A DNA stretch of 64,000 nt from Antedon mediterranea (Eukaryota > Animalia > Echinodermata): contig NC_092678.1 in assembly GCF_964355755.1 (NCBI RefSeq), forward strand, positions 8,820,422 to 8,884,421, written 5' to 3'. Position numbers and translations under genes: made by a program. The notes under the pieces were generated by a model that saw only the letters and a program-made list of their open reading frames with translations, was not told the DNA's origin and ran no database searches. Shown here in pieces: positions 52,343 through 64,000 of this stretch (positions are counted from its first letter, which is position 1; each line of letters begins with the position of its first letter).

Positions 52343-53603
52343 TCAATTTCGCATGTCTTGAACTTGGCATAGCTTTGCTTTATGTCCACTCTGCTTGCAT
52401 TTCCAGCAGGTAACTGGACCTCCATGCCGACACCCTCTATGTGTATGGCCACTTTCGCTACAGTAGTGACATCGAACATTCGCTGATTTTGTGCGCTCTT
52501 GTCTCTTTACTGGGAAGAGAATAGACACTACTTTATTGATACGCTTTATCAGTGTAGATGTTCCATATTTGTTAAGGTGGAGACCATGGCGTGTAAATTT
52601 GGAAGCATCATATCCTTGCTCGGAAGAGAATGCCAGAGTGTGGTCTATAAAACAATTTCCATAAACTGATTTCAGAATCTTATTTGCTTCTAGCACTCTC
52701 ATATTTATTTCTGGATCATCCAAACGCGGGCAAATACTTCAAACATAGATGTTACCAGATGTTTTATGCCTCAAACGAACCATAAGATCACTGAAATCCT
52801 CCTTTAACTGATCTAATTTAAAGTTCAGCTCACTGCAATCATTTGTGCCAACGTGCAATATGACATTGTGTACTTTGTCCAAATCCATTTGATCCAAAGT
52901 ATCAGAAACCTGAGTTGTGATAGCACCGCGTAGTGTCTTCACTGCTGTGTCACACAGACCCTTAGTCTTGACTAATTTCAGCATTGAGTCGCCAATTATT
53001 AGATTTCTTTTATTCTGTATGGTAATATCAGACTGTAATTTTTCAGCTGCATGATTTTTTTCAGAACCTAAGGCTGGAGACTCAAATAACTAATTCTGTA
53101 AAGGATTAAAAGAGTTGTGTAGTGCAGTAGGCTGTGGGTTTGACTTACACATTACAGAATTGCTAATGGGATGAGAAGCTGTATGAAACTCCTTTTCTGT
53201 TGTTAATAAAGCTTGAAGGCCGGTAATCTGAGTTTCCAAAGAGGCATTTCGCTCACATAGCTCCTTAAAAGATGATGCAAGCTGAACGAAATTAGAGTTA
53301 ACATCTTGGTACTCTTGCAACTTCCTTTTAGATTCAGCAATTTTGTCCTCACAGCTTTTAATCTTGTTCTTCAGTAATGGGGTTTGATCTCAACTTATCG
53401 GTGCCTGTATACCAATATCAAATGTTCTATTTTTTGTATTCTGAGTTACAGAATCGCAGTATTTTGGCGAAACATTTCCTCTTGATGGTCTGGAATTCTT
53501 TTTACACCTTGGCGTTGAAGTAATTGGGTGTAGAAAATATTGAAATCCAGTATCCGATGTGATATCTTCGCATTAAGGACTCACAAAAACTTGATTCTTC
53601 CAT
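52343..53603 (-). pseudogene. LINE ORF1: coiled coil, SGNH/GDSL esterase and two CCHC zinc knuckles
   Basis: LIIGDSMLK, LRGA, LHVGTND, HGLHLN, then CHYCSESGHTHRGC and CWKCKQSGHKAKLC. Disrupted by stops and frameshifts. Confidence 0.85.
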
Positions 53604-53940
53604 AGTCTTAGTAAAAGTCGCTGAGGCTAGGCTCAAACTCAGGTTAACCATTGTTTCAATTGTGTTTTAAAAAGCTAACAGATCAATAAAGGAAGTACAA
53701 TAAACAGCTTGGTGAAAGGTAATCAAGCTACTTTGCTGGCCTAGTAAAAGTATCATAAAACTACGAAAAACCACCCTAAAATACCTTAGATAGTCAAAAT
53801 AACTGCCATAATCCTGTTCAGTATAAATTCAGCTTTACAAAGATATAAATATTTAGTTTCCTTGATCATTGTCTTCTGTATGTTAATCGATAATTAAGAG
53901 CAAATTTGATCCCTTGTTACACAGTCTAATACACCACCAC

Positions 53941-54465
53941 CAGATAGATATGTGGTCAGACCACTTTTTGAGTATACTTTTCAGACCTGATAGTGTTAAA
54001 AGATAGGACAGAATTTTTCAAAAGCCGGCGAGCAGTCTTAAAGTATCAAGTAAACTGAAATTGCATTTTCTCGAGAACTACTTGTCCAAAAAACTTCATT
54101 TTTGTACAAGAGGCAAGATTTATAATTTGTGATTTGTAATTTTCAAACATAATTTGATTTAATATGCACGTTTTTTGATGCGAGTAGTTTAAAAACCTAT
54201 TTCTTTTCAAATTCACTCGTTTGATTTTCGCGTTGCTGTTCTATCGTTAGTCAACTGAAGCTATTGTTAATTGAAAGGCTTGTTACATAACCATTACGCC
54301 AAACTCACATACACATGCTTGTAGTGAAATTAGCGTAAATCACAAACAGCATTAAGACACACACATATATATATATATATATATTAATTTGTTACCGGAG
54401 AAATCTTATGTAGGAGAATTTTACAGTAGGCGGAGGTATGCACTCTTAGAGTGCCTTTCTAGTTT
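53941..54465 (+). mobile_element. 3' part of a Helentron/Helitron-like element (probable 5' piece at about 49510-49577)
   Basis: Ends ggcggaggtatgcactcttagagtgcctttCTAGTT (GCACTC/GAGTGC hairpin). A (tgtt)n-agcaggattactcaaaaa block lies on the other side of the CR1. Confidence 0.6.
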
Positions 54466-55679
54466 ATAAAGTATTTGCACGTATTTCAGGATTTGACTTT
54501 GACACATATGATTTGTAATGCTTAGCTAGTTTTTATTTATTTAATAATTAATGATATTAAGAAAGTTTTATATAAGTTCAGTTTCTCTCGATCCAATAAG
54601 GCCGCATAACTATTTAGTCAGTAAGAAACTAATTTAATTATGTCATGTATGGTAAAATCCATCTTAAAGGGGAAATATTAACTTTGAAATGTGAACGGTA
54701 TTTGACACCAGATTACACCAGTATTGCGTATCTGAGTATTGAAGACGTTAAGAGACCAATATCGGTATAACAAGATTATTATTTATTATTATAATGTATT
54801 GAGAAAATTGAAATTATAGAAATTAATAATAAATTAATATTTTAATTAAAATATCAGTCTACAGTATCAGACTCATTTAAATGCTGTATTATTTGAAGTA
54901 ATGTTATGTTAATAACTTTTTTGTTTTTAACACTTTTATTTTTCACTAAATTCACAGAAATATAAAAATGTAAAACACATGTGTTTTTACAATGTTAAGA
55001 TATCTTTTAAAGCATAACATATTGATCATATTGGCACATATCCTCGTATAGAAAACAAAATAATGTATGTTTATCACAAAATAAAAGAATAATAGTTCAA
55101 CAGTAATATAAAATATATTAGTATCTTAACATCTTTAACATGTGTCAACATTAACTGTTTAGGCTAATTTTGATTTCTAAAGAAACACATTCAAAATGGT
55201 TGTTTAATGCACAATGTAGGCCTACATTTGCCATTTTTGTTTAATAAAACGTTAGAATAACTTACATTATACGAGAAATGTGAACGGCGAAGATTTCAAT
55301 TATGTGATAACAAAAGACATAATATTTTTATTATCAGAGAAAAATAGTCCCAAAAAACCAGCTTAGACTCTGACCCTGAAAATATATTTGTATCCAGAAT
55401 TTATCCAATTATTATCAGCTAATTTGTCATAGTTTAGTGCCACAACAACTGTTCAGATTATGATGCAGAGTAAAATTGTGTATCTATCAACAATAACAAA
55501 TTTCGTCACGCTACATGCTGAGTAATTTTGGCAGACGGAAAAAAAGTTTAGTAATTTGTGAAAATGATGATCACGAGCCAAGTATTTCATTTGTTCTCAA
55601 ACGTGCTTTTTAGCCTACACTACATCTAGGCAATATCATTGTTTGAAAAACATTTACGAAGCGTAAATATAGCACAATT

Positions 55680-55753
<74 letters not shown>
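55680..55753. repeat. (GATA)n microsatellite
   Basis: About 18 perfect GATA units. Confidence 0.98.
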
Positions 55754-55754
<1 letters not shown>

Positions 55755-58099
55755 TTTATGTATGTAACTTGAATGAATTAAGCTACATTCGCGTTTCCAT
55801 TTAACGAAATGAAAGATGGCACCGTTTTGTTAAAAAAAGAGTTCAATTGATTTCAGTGAATGTAGCTTTATAAGTAAAATATTTATAATTATTCTACGAA
55901 ATTTAGTTAGTATTACAGTATATATTACCATTGTCAACTCACCGGAGATTCATGAATTCGGTGTGTTTACAATGAAATATCTTGATAATGAAATGACAGG
56001 GTCTACCAGGGTCGTTAACTTCTTAATAGAAGTTGTCAACATTGAATTAGCATCGGTATAATCAGTCAAGAAAAGAAATCAATACTTAACTATAATTCAG
56101 ACATCTAATCCTTTGAGATGAAATAAAATAACATGTATAAATGAATCATGAACAGATTTGGACACTCGATCTTGCCTCTGTAGAAATGTATAATAAATAC
56201 TAATATTGTTATAACAGTAGGCCTAACTTAATTCTATAATAATGATAATTCTCAAACTAAATTCGAGTGTTTTTAACTTTTCTAAAAAGTTGACCTTTGA
56301 TATTAAACATACATGTGTCAAGTTTTCATTGACAATTGTTTGTTGGTTTCAAATTTATCAGTCATACCATCATAAACATCGCGCGGTAACTTACGATGTG
56401 CAACTCTGGTGTCATGCTGACTCTTTATACGGGTTTAGAGAAATAAATAACATAATTTCTATTTTGGAAAAAAAGTAAACAGAGAGAGTCTTTCTATATT
56501 AAATAGTTCAACTTATACAGTCATGCATTCAGACTTATAATTCTCTGACAGAATTAAACTGTGCGTTATCAGATCGACTTAATCAGAGAATGGAAATCAC
56601 AGACCTTGTATTTTACCGAGAGTACCCGATGAATCTAATTGGAAAATAATCTAGCGGGCGGTTCCATGTGCTTTCGCGTGTCTACCTTAATATGCAATAA
56701 GATGAATTTTAAAGTTAATCCTGCTCTGTTTTCCTATACAAATGAACAAAGCATTATGGAACAGAATTAATATGAACAAATGGAAATTGAGTAATCTCCG
56801 TCTTCCATGATTTAGACATATCCAAGCACGCATTCAGATCTGTCAAGATAAAATTTCGATTGCATTATTTTGTCCCTGCAGAGCATGCGCATCTGCAGCT
56901 CATTTGAGAATTAAGAGGTGTAACTCAAGTATACTTAGCCTAACATAAATTGCACTTCAAAGCCGCCACAGACTTTCCACTTTGTCTAGACATCGAGTTT
57001 TCGTTATTTCCGTTTCATAATGATTCGATCTCATTCTATCGTTCATTTATTCAATGTTATTTGTAATCAGCATTTTTTTGTCTGTCGACTGTTCAATGTA
57101 TCTGTTTGAATGCAGTTTACCCTCAGCAGCATGCTGTCATAATTGAAACTAGGTACATCTATTCGAGAATATAAATATTAATCTTAACATTATTTATAAC
57201 TTCTTATTCATTTATTTATTTTTGTCACCACTTCCCTTAAGCGGCCACCTCCCTTAACGGCCGTACTTTTAAAAACCCGTTTGTTCTTCCTATCTAATTA
57301 TCGCATTTGGTACATCCCGTAAACGGCTACGGCCACTTTTTTTTTAAATTAAAATTTGTTTTTTGCATGATAAATTACCTCGCGTAAGCGACCAATTCGT
57401 ATTCATTTTTATGTCAGTTATTGTGCTTTATATATTAGCTTTATTCGAAGCGGTTTTAAAAACATTTTTAGATGAGATGAGAAAACGACACAGATTTTGA
57501 CCGACATTTTCATATGATAAAAGCTTTTAAAAAATGCGCATTAAACGTCAATACGCACTCTTTCTTCCCGATTTCTGTTTTACAACCTTTCTTTAATAAT
57601 ATCATCATATTTAATTATCAACTCGAAATTACGTTATACGAGCACGTCAAAAGTGACAGGCTACGCACGTGTAAGTTAACAAAATGGTGAAAATATGCTA
57701 CATTGTTAAATTAATATACTGTAGATCGTTAGAATGCTCAGGAACACCTATTTTTCATTTCATTTTCTTGAAGTGTATGTATCATATGTATGATTTATTA
57801 TGGAATTAAGAGAACAAAAGTGGATTAAGTCATCATTGATTGCATAGTAAATTTCTTTTTTATAATTTCGACAATCAAACAAATTAGGTTTGACAGTGAA
57901 TCATCTTTTTATATATTGAAAGATGTCATCATAGTAAAAAATTATAATTCATTGCGGTATTTAATAATCTATCTGCACGAAAGTGGTTACTGTCGTAAAT
58001 ACACGGGGGAATCTTTCTACAACTTTTAGTCAGTTGTGTATGGCTCAGTGGTACCGAGATCGAGTCTCACCGTTGGGAAACGAAACTAAATAAGCTTAG

Positions 58100-58560
58100 A
58101 TACATATAACAGTTTCCTCAACAATGTGTGCTGTTTCCAGGATGGTCGATTGTGTTTTATTTTCTTATCCGTGTAAACTGTCATGTCCCAAGTAATTTGA
58201 ATGTTTTTCTTCTCTGTGACTGCTAATGGCTGATGATCATACCATTTGTCAGTACATTCGATTCCGCCAGTGTACCCGCAATCATCATCGTCACCTTGTC
58301 ATCAGGCTTTCTATACTCTCTCTGGGCGAGCATCTTGAATCCACTGATAATAATTATGTTTTACAGTTTTAGTACAGTCTCCACACAATCTACATAACGG
58401 TGTTTCTGAGCTATACTGTATTTTATCGCATTCGTTCTTCTGTCTTCTTCTTCAATAAAAAAAAAACATTCATAAGCCATCTCCAAGAAACTCCATGTAG
58501 GGATTTCTCTTTCCAGTCCTTGGTTTTCGCCTCTTGCCACCTCTTTTTCATTAATTTTTC
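58100..58560 (-). mobile_element. Old RLE-type (R4/Dong-like) non-LTR retrotransposon fragment
   Basis: The minus strand reads PLCRLCGDCTKTVKH/ISGFKMLAQREYRK..DKV and KWYDHQPLAVTEKKNIQITWDMTVYTDKKIKHNRP. This is a zinc knuckle plus the lead-in to a restriction-like endonuclease. Confidence 0.75.
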
Positions 58561-58614
58561 ATCAACAATTCTCCTTTAAAGCAAATTGCAGCATCCGCTG
58601 TAGTATGTTTACTC

Positions 58615-58720
58615 TACTCTACAGCTCACTATGTCGGTCGGTTGGTCGGATGGTTGGTCGGTTGGCAAACACTAACTCAAATTTAAGCACGCGATAGCAG
58701 CCATGTATATGGCCTTGTTT
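58615..58720 (+). mobile_element. Short diverged HINE-like element
   Basis: ctcactatgtcggtcggttggtcgg...aagcacgcga...gccatgtatatggccttgtt. Confidence 0.6.
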
Positions 58721-60233
58721 ATTGAAGTTAACATTCACAATAATATAGTTTTTAATTTAAATTTATCCGTACAACTGAAAATAGAAATGAAATAAAAGTG
58801 GATTGAGACTACAAAGGGAAACAATTAGACAATTTCTATACAAAATAAATTCTAAACAAAATAGAAAATTAAAATAAGAATAAAACCATATATAATAATA
58901 ATATATAATATAAATAAATAAATAATACATATGCAATTTAATGTTGTAACGTAACGCGATAAGTAGACTGCTGTTCGGGTCACTTTTGATATTCAATCTT
59001 TGGCTCTGTTAGTATTTAATCATTATTATACTTTATTTATTAAAAACACTCTCACATTCGTTGCAAAAAGTCAGATCATACATGTCTCAACAGATTTGTG
59101 TGTATTGCATGCACATACTTATTGGTACAAAGATGATAACCATATTAGGAAGAATCCAATTCAGAGTAGATGAGTATAAAACAAAGTTATATTCTTTGCC
59201 AACTAAAATTCCCCAAACAATTTTAGAATTGGACTTCTATTGCTAACAATCACCGGAAACACTATTGAAAATCTTATATAAAATCGAACTGTTGATCAAC
59301 AACTACAATCTATTGGTATCTGCTTCAAATAACATCGTTAGGTAGCCTATAATTGCGGTAAGGTAGTTTTTCATTTTTATTTAATCTTATATTTTACTGA
59401 TATTAGATCAGTTATTGATTATGCATATCCTGGTTCACTGGCTTAAATAACAACGTGCAGTTAGGTTCATGCTACTGGAGTCCCGGGGCCCGGGCTTTCC
59501 TGTGGACCGATTGCTGGGGATTAGCAGGAGGTACCTCACTAAACTAAAGTCAGAGAGAGACACCGTCTAAATCACGTTATTCCCCACAAATACAACCGCA
59601 GACACAGCAAATCTTTCTCAACACCTTTCACTCGAACTAACAGATCTGGAAATGTCATCGTCAACTTAGGACTATCACATGAATGGTGATTCGATCGGTG
59701 CCTCTTACATGATTGTCCTGCCTGTTTAATTAATCTTTCCACGTTTGTAATTTTTTTGGAGAGATGAGCAATTGTATTTTTTTACATTATTTTGTTATTG
59801 TAAATAAAAAGTCAGAATAATTTTAAAGATCAATTAGTTTGTTGCCTCTTCAATCTTTTGATGTAGGCCTATTATTGAAGAGATGAGCAATTGTATTTCT
59901 CATATTTATTATCGTAGATTGCATTGGACCTACTGATATTTTTTATTTTACTTTGTTGTCGAAAGAAAAAATTTGAATATTGGATATTTTTGTTGTCAAA
60001 CGTTGCTTTGGAGCAATTTACCTTTAAAAGCAGCATATTTTCAATACTGTCTAGTATCATACGAAAATACTGTGATAACATGTATCCCAAATGTCTCGTA
60101 TAAAAATAACCTAACCTTACATAATACAAGCATCAAGCATGTGGTACACAACATGCTTATTATGGACTTTTTCTTGATACTGAGCAAATATTAGTGTTAA
60201 AACATTATAATTATTTTACTTTCAGTCCAGAAG

Positions 60234-61481
60234 ATGAAACTACTGGTATACGTGTTAGTGTTTGCGTGTATTTGTACACACGTCCGTGCTCAAATTTGGT
60301 CTAACAGGTGGTTTCGACGTAAGTTTTTCCTTCTTTCATTTTGTGAAAATTGATTATGCTTTAGTTTAAATTTAACTATTTTAATTACAAATAATAATAG
60401 ATAGAAAATAGAATATCATCCAACTTCAAACAGTGTCAATTCAATTTGTATTCAGGTTCAAGTTGGTTTGACAACTCATGGAATACTGGTATGCAACCAC
60501 TCAATTCCTGGTCTACAGTACCAAATGACGGATGGTTTAATAACAATTGGAATGCACAACCAGTTGGATGGTCAGACAGTTGGCGTACTGGTACCATACC
60601 CACGGGTTGGACAGGTACTCGTGATAGCTGGTATCAATGGTATAGTTGGTACAGCTGGAACTCATGGCAAGGTGCACCACGTGGTGGCTTACCTTTTTCA
60701 AGAACGGCCCTTATTCAAGGAACTTCACCGGAAAATTCAATTAATAATGGTCCACGTCGACCAAATATACCCCGTCAAAACAGACCAGAAACTGCACCAA
60801 CGCAAAACAACCCAGAAACTAGGCCTACACTTACCATCCCAACTACTCGCACCAGAAATCAAAGGGGTGAAAGCGGGAGACAAAGGTCATCGTACCGTAA
60901 CAAGCGAAATATTGATAACATTCCTTCGATAGCCAATGTGATCGATAAGTTTGCGCGTGAACCAACTGCTCCTGTTGACGTCTGTCCAAGCACATACACA
61001 CCACTCTGTGGTAACGACAACCATACTTACAGCAATGCATGTGAGTTGATAAAGGCTGCTTCAACTAATGCTTGTCTTGATTTTGCTTATGAAGGTGAAT
61101 GTAACAGTCAGAGTAAGTTATAGTTGAAGTTTTTTAATAATCTAGATGAAGAATGGTTAACTAATAGGTTAAAGGATAAAAAATATCTAATACAAATCAT
61201 TATGCCATTGTTATTATTATTTTCATTTATGTATTATCAACATTTTTGTAGAAGAATTAACATGTTTTGATTGTCAAGAGGAAGACGCCCAACTCGATAT
61301 AATTACCAATATGGTTTCACCAGACATCGAATGGTTGACCTACAGTATGGTAGTCTGTGGAACTGATGGAAACACCTACAGTTCACTTTGTCATCTGTGT
61401 AAAAGCAAATGCTTAAATCATAGCGAAAAACTTCGACCAAAACATAGAGGGCACTGTGGCGCTCCGTTTGTGTTCAACTAA
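60234..61481 (+). CDS. Secreted Trp-rich protein with two atypical Kazal domains (protein C, about 323 aa); exons 60234-60318, 60456-61112, 61252-61481
   Basis: Signal peptide MKLLVYVLVFACICTHVRA, a W/S/N/G-rich region, a P/R/T linker and RNKR. Then CPSTYTPLCGNDNHTYSNAC...YEGEC and CFDC...VCGTDGNTYSSLC...HRGHC. Junctions are phase-1 GT-AG and the lengths sum to 972 nt. Confidence 0.9.
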
Positions 61482-62687
61482 TCGGCGGCGGCAGCAAGGT
61501 ACACGTTCTATACTTGGTATTAATCATTTTGTTGACATTCGAAAATGAGACTTAATGTGCTTATCATCATTATATAAGATTTATTGAGTAATAATATTAT
61601 CTATTATTAAAAAATAATACAGTTAAAAGGATTGACATACGTAAATCTTTCTTATTTGTGTCATAATATGTACCGTAAAGTTCATTTTTTAAAGATGTAC
61701 CGTATTGTCCACAAAAGCATAAACAAATAAAGATTAATAAAATCAGACTTTGAATAGATCATTTTGCAGTTTTATTAAAGTTATTCACTTCTGTAGGAAA
61801 AGAATCAACAAAAATAATTAATTCACTTATAAAAAGACAAAAGAAACGGTTAATTTTAACCAAAAATCATTTTGTCTGACAATTTAGGTATGTTTTGCTT
61901 GCTAAAACAAAATTATAAATAAATACTGCAATTGATAAAGTTAAATTGAAAAAAGAAATGTTAAAAGAAAAAACTATTTGAAAAATAACCATTACAAACA
62001 TAAAAATTATTAAAACAAGGATTATTCTAACTGAAACAAAGTTATGTAAACACATGTGTGCCCAATGCAATGTTAAAAATTATGGCTGTAGGAAATTTGC
62101 TCAAGACGACTGTATGGAGACTAAAATGAGCACATGTATCCGGGTTTGAGATGAAGTTGTTTTATTCACAGTCTCATTCAATTCTAAAATATAACATACA
62201 TCAAACTGATCAAATAAAAGAACATAATCATGTCATTACTACATTTCGTTAACATGTTAAACTTGTCTATTCTTATCGAAACTTACTACTTTGCCAGATA
62301 CAGACACTCAGAATAGCCAATACAAGCTGGTTTGCAACAGTAATCACAATGACTTCTTTCATAGCCTAAACGAACAACATACAGTACTATTTATTATGAC
62401 TCCATAAGTTACTCAAAAAGGTGAAATCACTCAAGCGTGACCAGTAAATTTACAACAGATTAACACATATAAAGTTAAGCAACAATTCTTGCAATCTTAA
62501 TGAAAATACATTCTGATGATTTATGGAAAATACTGTAGTCTGTATCATGATAACACAATCTTAACTCAGTTTTAGCTATGTATAATAACTCATCTGGTTT
62601 GTCCTATTCAAACTCTACAACTACAAGATGATGGCGTCCATCATTACCACGTTGTTTAGACTAACCAAGCAATTATATTTAACACAA

Positions 62688-64000
62688 TCTATATATAAAT
62701 TTACGTAAGGGCAAAATTCGGTAAATCGCGCCTTACTTTTAGAATTTTTACTCGATGGTATATAAAGTTGGTTCGTACTTTCGGTACGGATTTTAACCAC
62801 CTGATGTAACCCTGTTTACTAATTAAATTAAGTTAGATAATTAGTTATTGACGATTAAAACGAATTTAGGTTCAACGATTTGCCCCAAATAGGGGTGTTT
62901 TCCGATCGTCGTATACACTGTCTAATGGATGTCCATCTTGAAAAATACCCGCCACAAAAATGCGAGGAGGCTTCGCATTTTCCTATCTCCTCCTACGATA
63001 ATTGTTTTTAATAGCTGAAAATCGGTTGAACAGCTCGAGTACAGTATCATAATGTTGAAGACAGGCCGATTTTCTTTAAAAAATACTATTTTGATAGATT
63101 TAATATACGTTTATGCAAATGTATTGATTTGAATGAATGGAACATTCCAATCTCTGTTCCACAAGTGTCTATTCCCTCAGGCGTCGTAAAGGCAAGTACT
63201 GTATACTTATAACAGAAATTCGATCCATTTTTTTTTTCAATCTGTGCTGCAGAGGTTGGATATAGATTTTTTTTAACGGATAATGAGCTAGCGTTTTCAG
63301 TCGCCGTATATTATGTACAAATCTTTATTATTGCAGTTAAACCACCCATGTGACATCATCACCCTTCCCTCACTGGCATGAGTAGCGTTGTAAAGCCAGT
63401 AGAGGATAGGCCTACGGTGCATCACATGCCCTAAACGCAGAACAACTTTGGTGGGTAGGGTTAGGAACCAACTTAAGTATGAATTGGCTCTAAGAAACAA
63501 TTGAAAACCATTAGGCCTACTAATTAAGTTGAGTTAGATAATTTAATATTTATTGACGATTAAATCGAATTTATGATTTGCCACGAATAGGGGTGGTTTT
63601 CACAAATTGATATACATTATATAAACATATTATAAACGTCGTAGTGATGTATCGTTACATGTACTATACTATTTATTTCAATCGACTAGGACGGTGATAG
63701 TTTCAACAAAATATTACATCGCAATGTTTTACTGTGTTTAGTGGTATATTATTTGTAAAACATGAAAACAATTAATATTTCGTTACTACATGGATAAAGA
63801 ATATATTAAAAAATTGTTCCTCTTTGCACCCATCCTCTTTCCCATCCCTCAACCCTAATGTTACATACAAAACACAAATTAAGTGTTTAAATTTGACTTA
63901 AACAATTGGTCTCATTTTGTGACAAGTTTCTCTTTCGGAAGTAATTCCCAGGGTGCTAATTTTAGTTCAGTACATAAATCACAGTGTCTATTTATTCGTT
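62688..64000 (+). mobile_element. Non-autonomous Helitron (close copy of 32910-34302), running off the window end
   Basis: A|TCTATATATAAATTTACG start; collinear with the 32.9-kb copy up to 64000. Confidence 0.92.

Larger units (their letters stand above)
49578..53940 (-). mobile_element. Degenerate CR1-type LINE with ORF1 and ORF2 (APE-RT); 3' end missing
   Basis: ORF2 fragments NVRSV, MTETWL, YYRPP, DFNI, CDH, KSPGPD, YRPVSL, LDFSSAFD, QGSVLGPLLF, FADD, FLG, with many frameshifts. ORF1 lies upstream. Confidence 0.9.

Noticed and set aside
60468-61064. Alternative-frame and antisense ORFs over gene C exon 2 (likewise those over genes A, B and the Tctex1 gene)
   Set aside because: They are shadow ORFs of real coding exons with no independent start, splice or motif support.

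Overview
This is AT-rich eukaryotic (metazoan) genomic DNA with spliced genes and many transposable elements. It is probably from a marine invertebrate, but that is an inference from gene and repeat content only. Host genes: (1) a disrupted three-exon remnant of an inter-alpha-trypsin-inhibitor heavy-chain C-terminal domain (- strand, 8.5-17.7 kb); (2) a single-exon Tctex1-domain dynein light chain gene (28.8-29.5 kb); (3) a cluster of three secreted multi-Kazal genes that I reconstructed by hand from GT-AG junctions (two on -, 35.7-48.0 kb; one on +, 60.2-61.5 kb), each with low-complexity spacers, one of them Trp-rich. Mobile DNA: a near-complete CR1/L2-type LINE ORF2 (2A-like motif, PHD, APE, RT) nested antisense inside another LINE; a 7-kb CACTA/EnSpm-like element with satellite-like subterminal arrays and two divergent gene remnants; three non-autonomous Helitrons; Helentron/HINE-like elements; a CR1 with an esterase plus zinc-knuckle ORF1; an RLE-type LINE fragment; MITEs; a tRNA-derived SINE; and a rearranged, palindromic (TA)n-flanked cassette carrying tRNA-Pro-like heads. 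I saw no CRISPR, rRNA or prokaryotic system. All family assignments come from reading motifs by eye, not from database searches.
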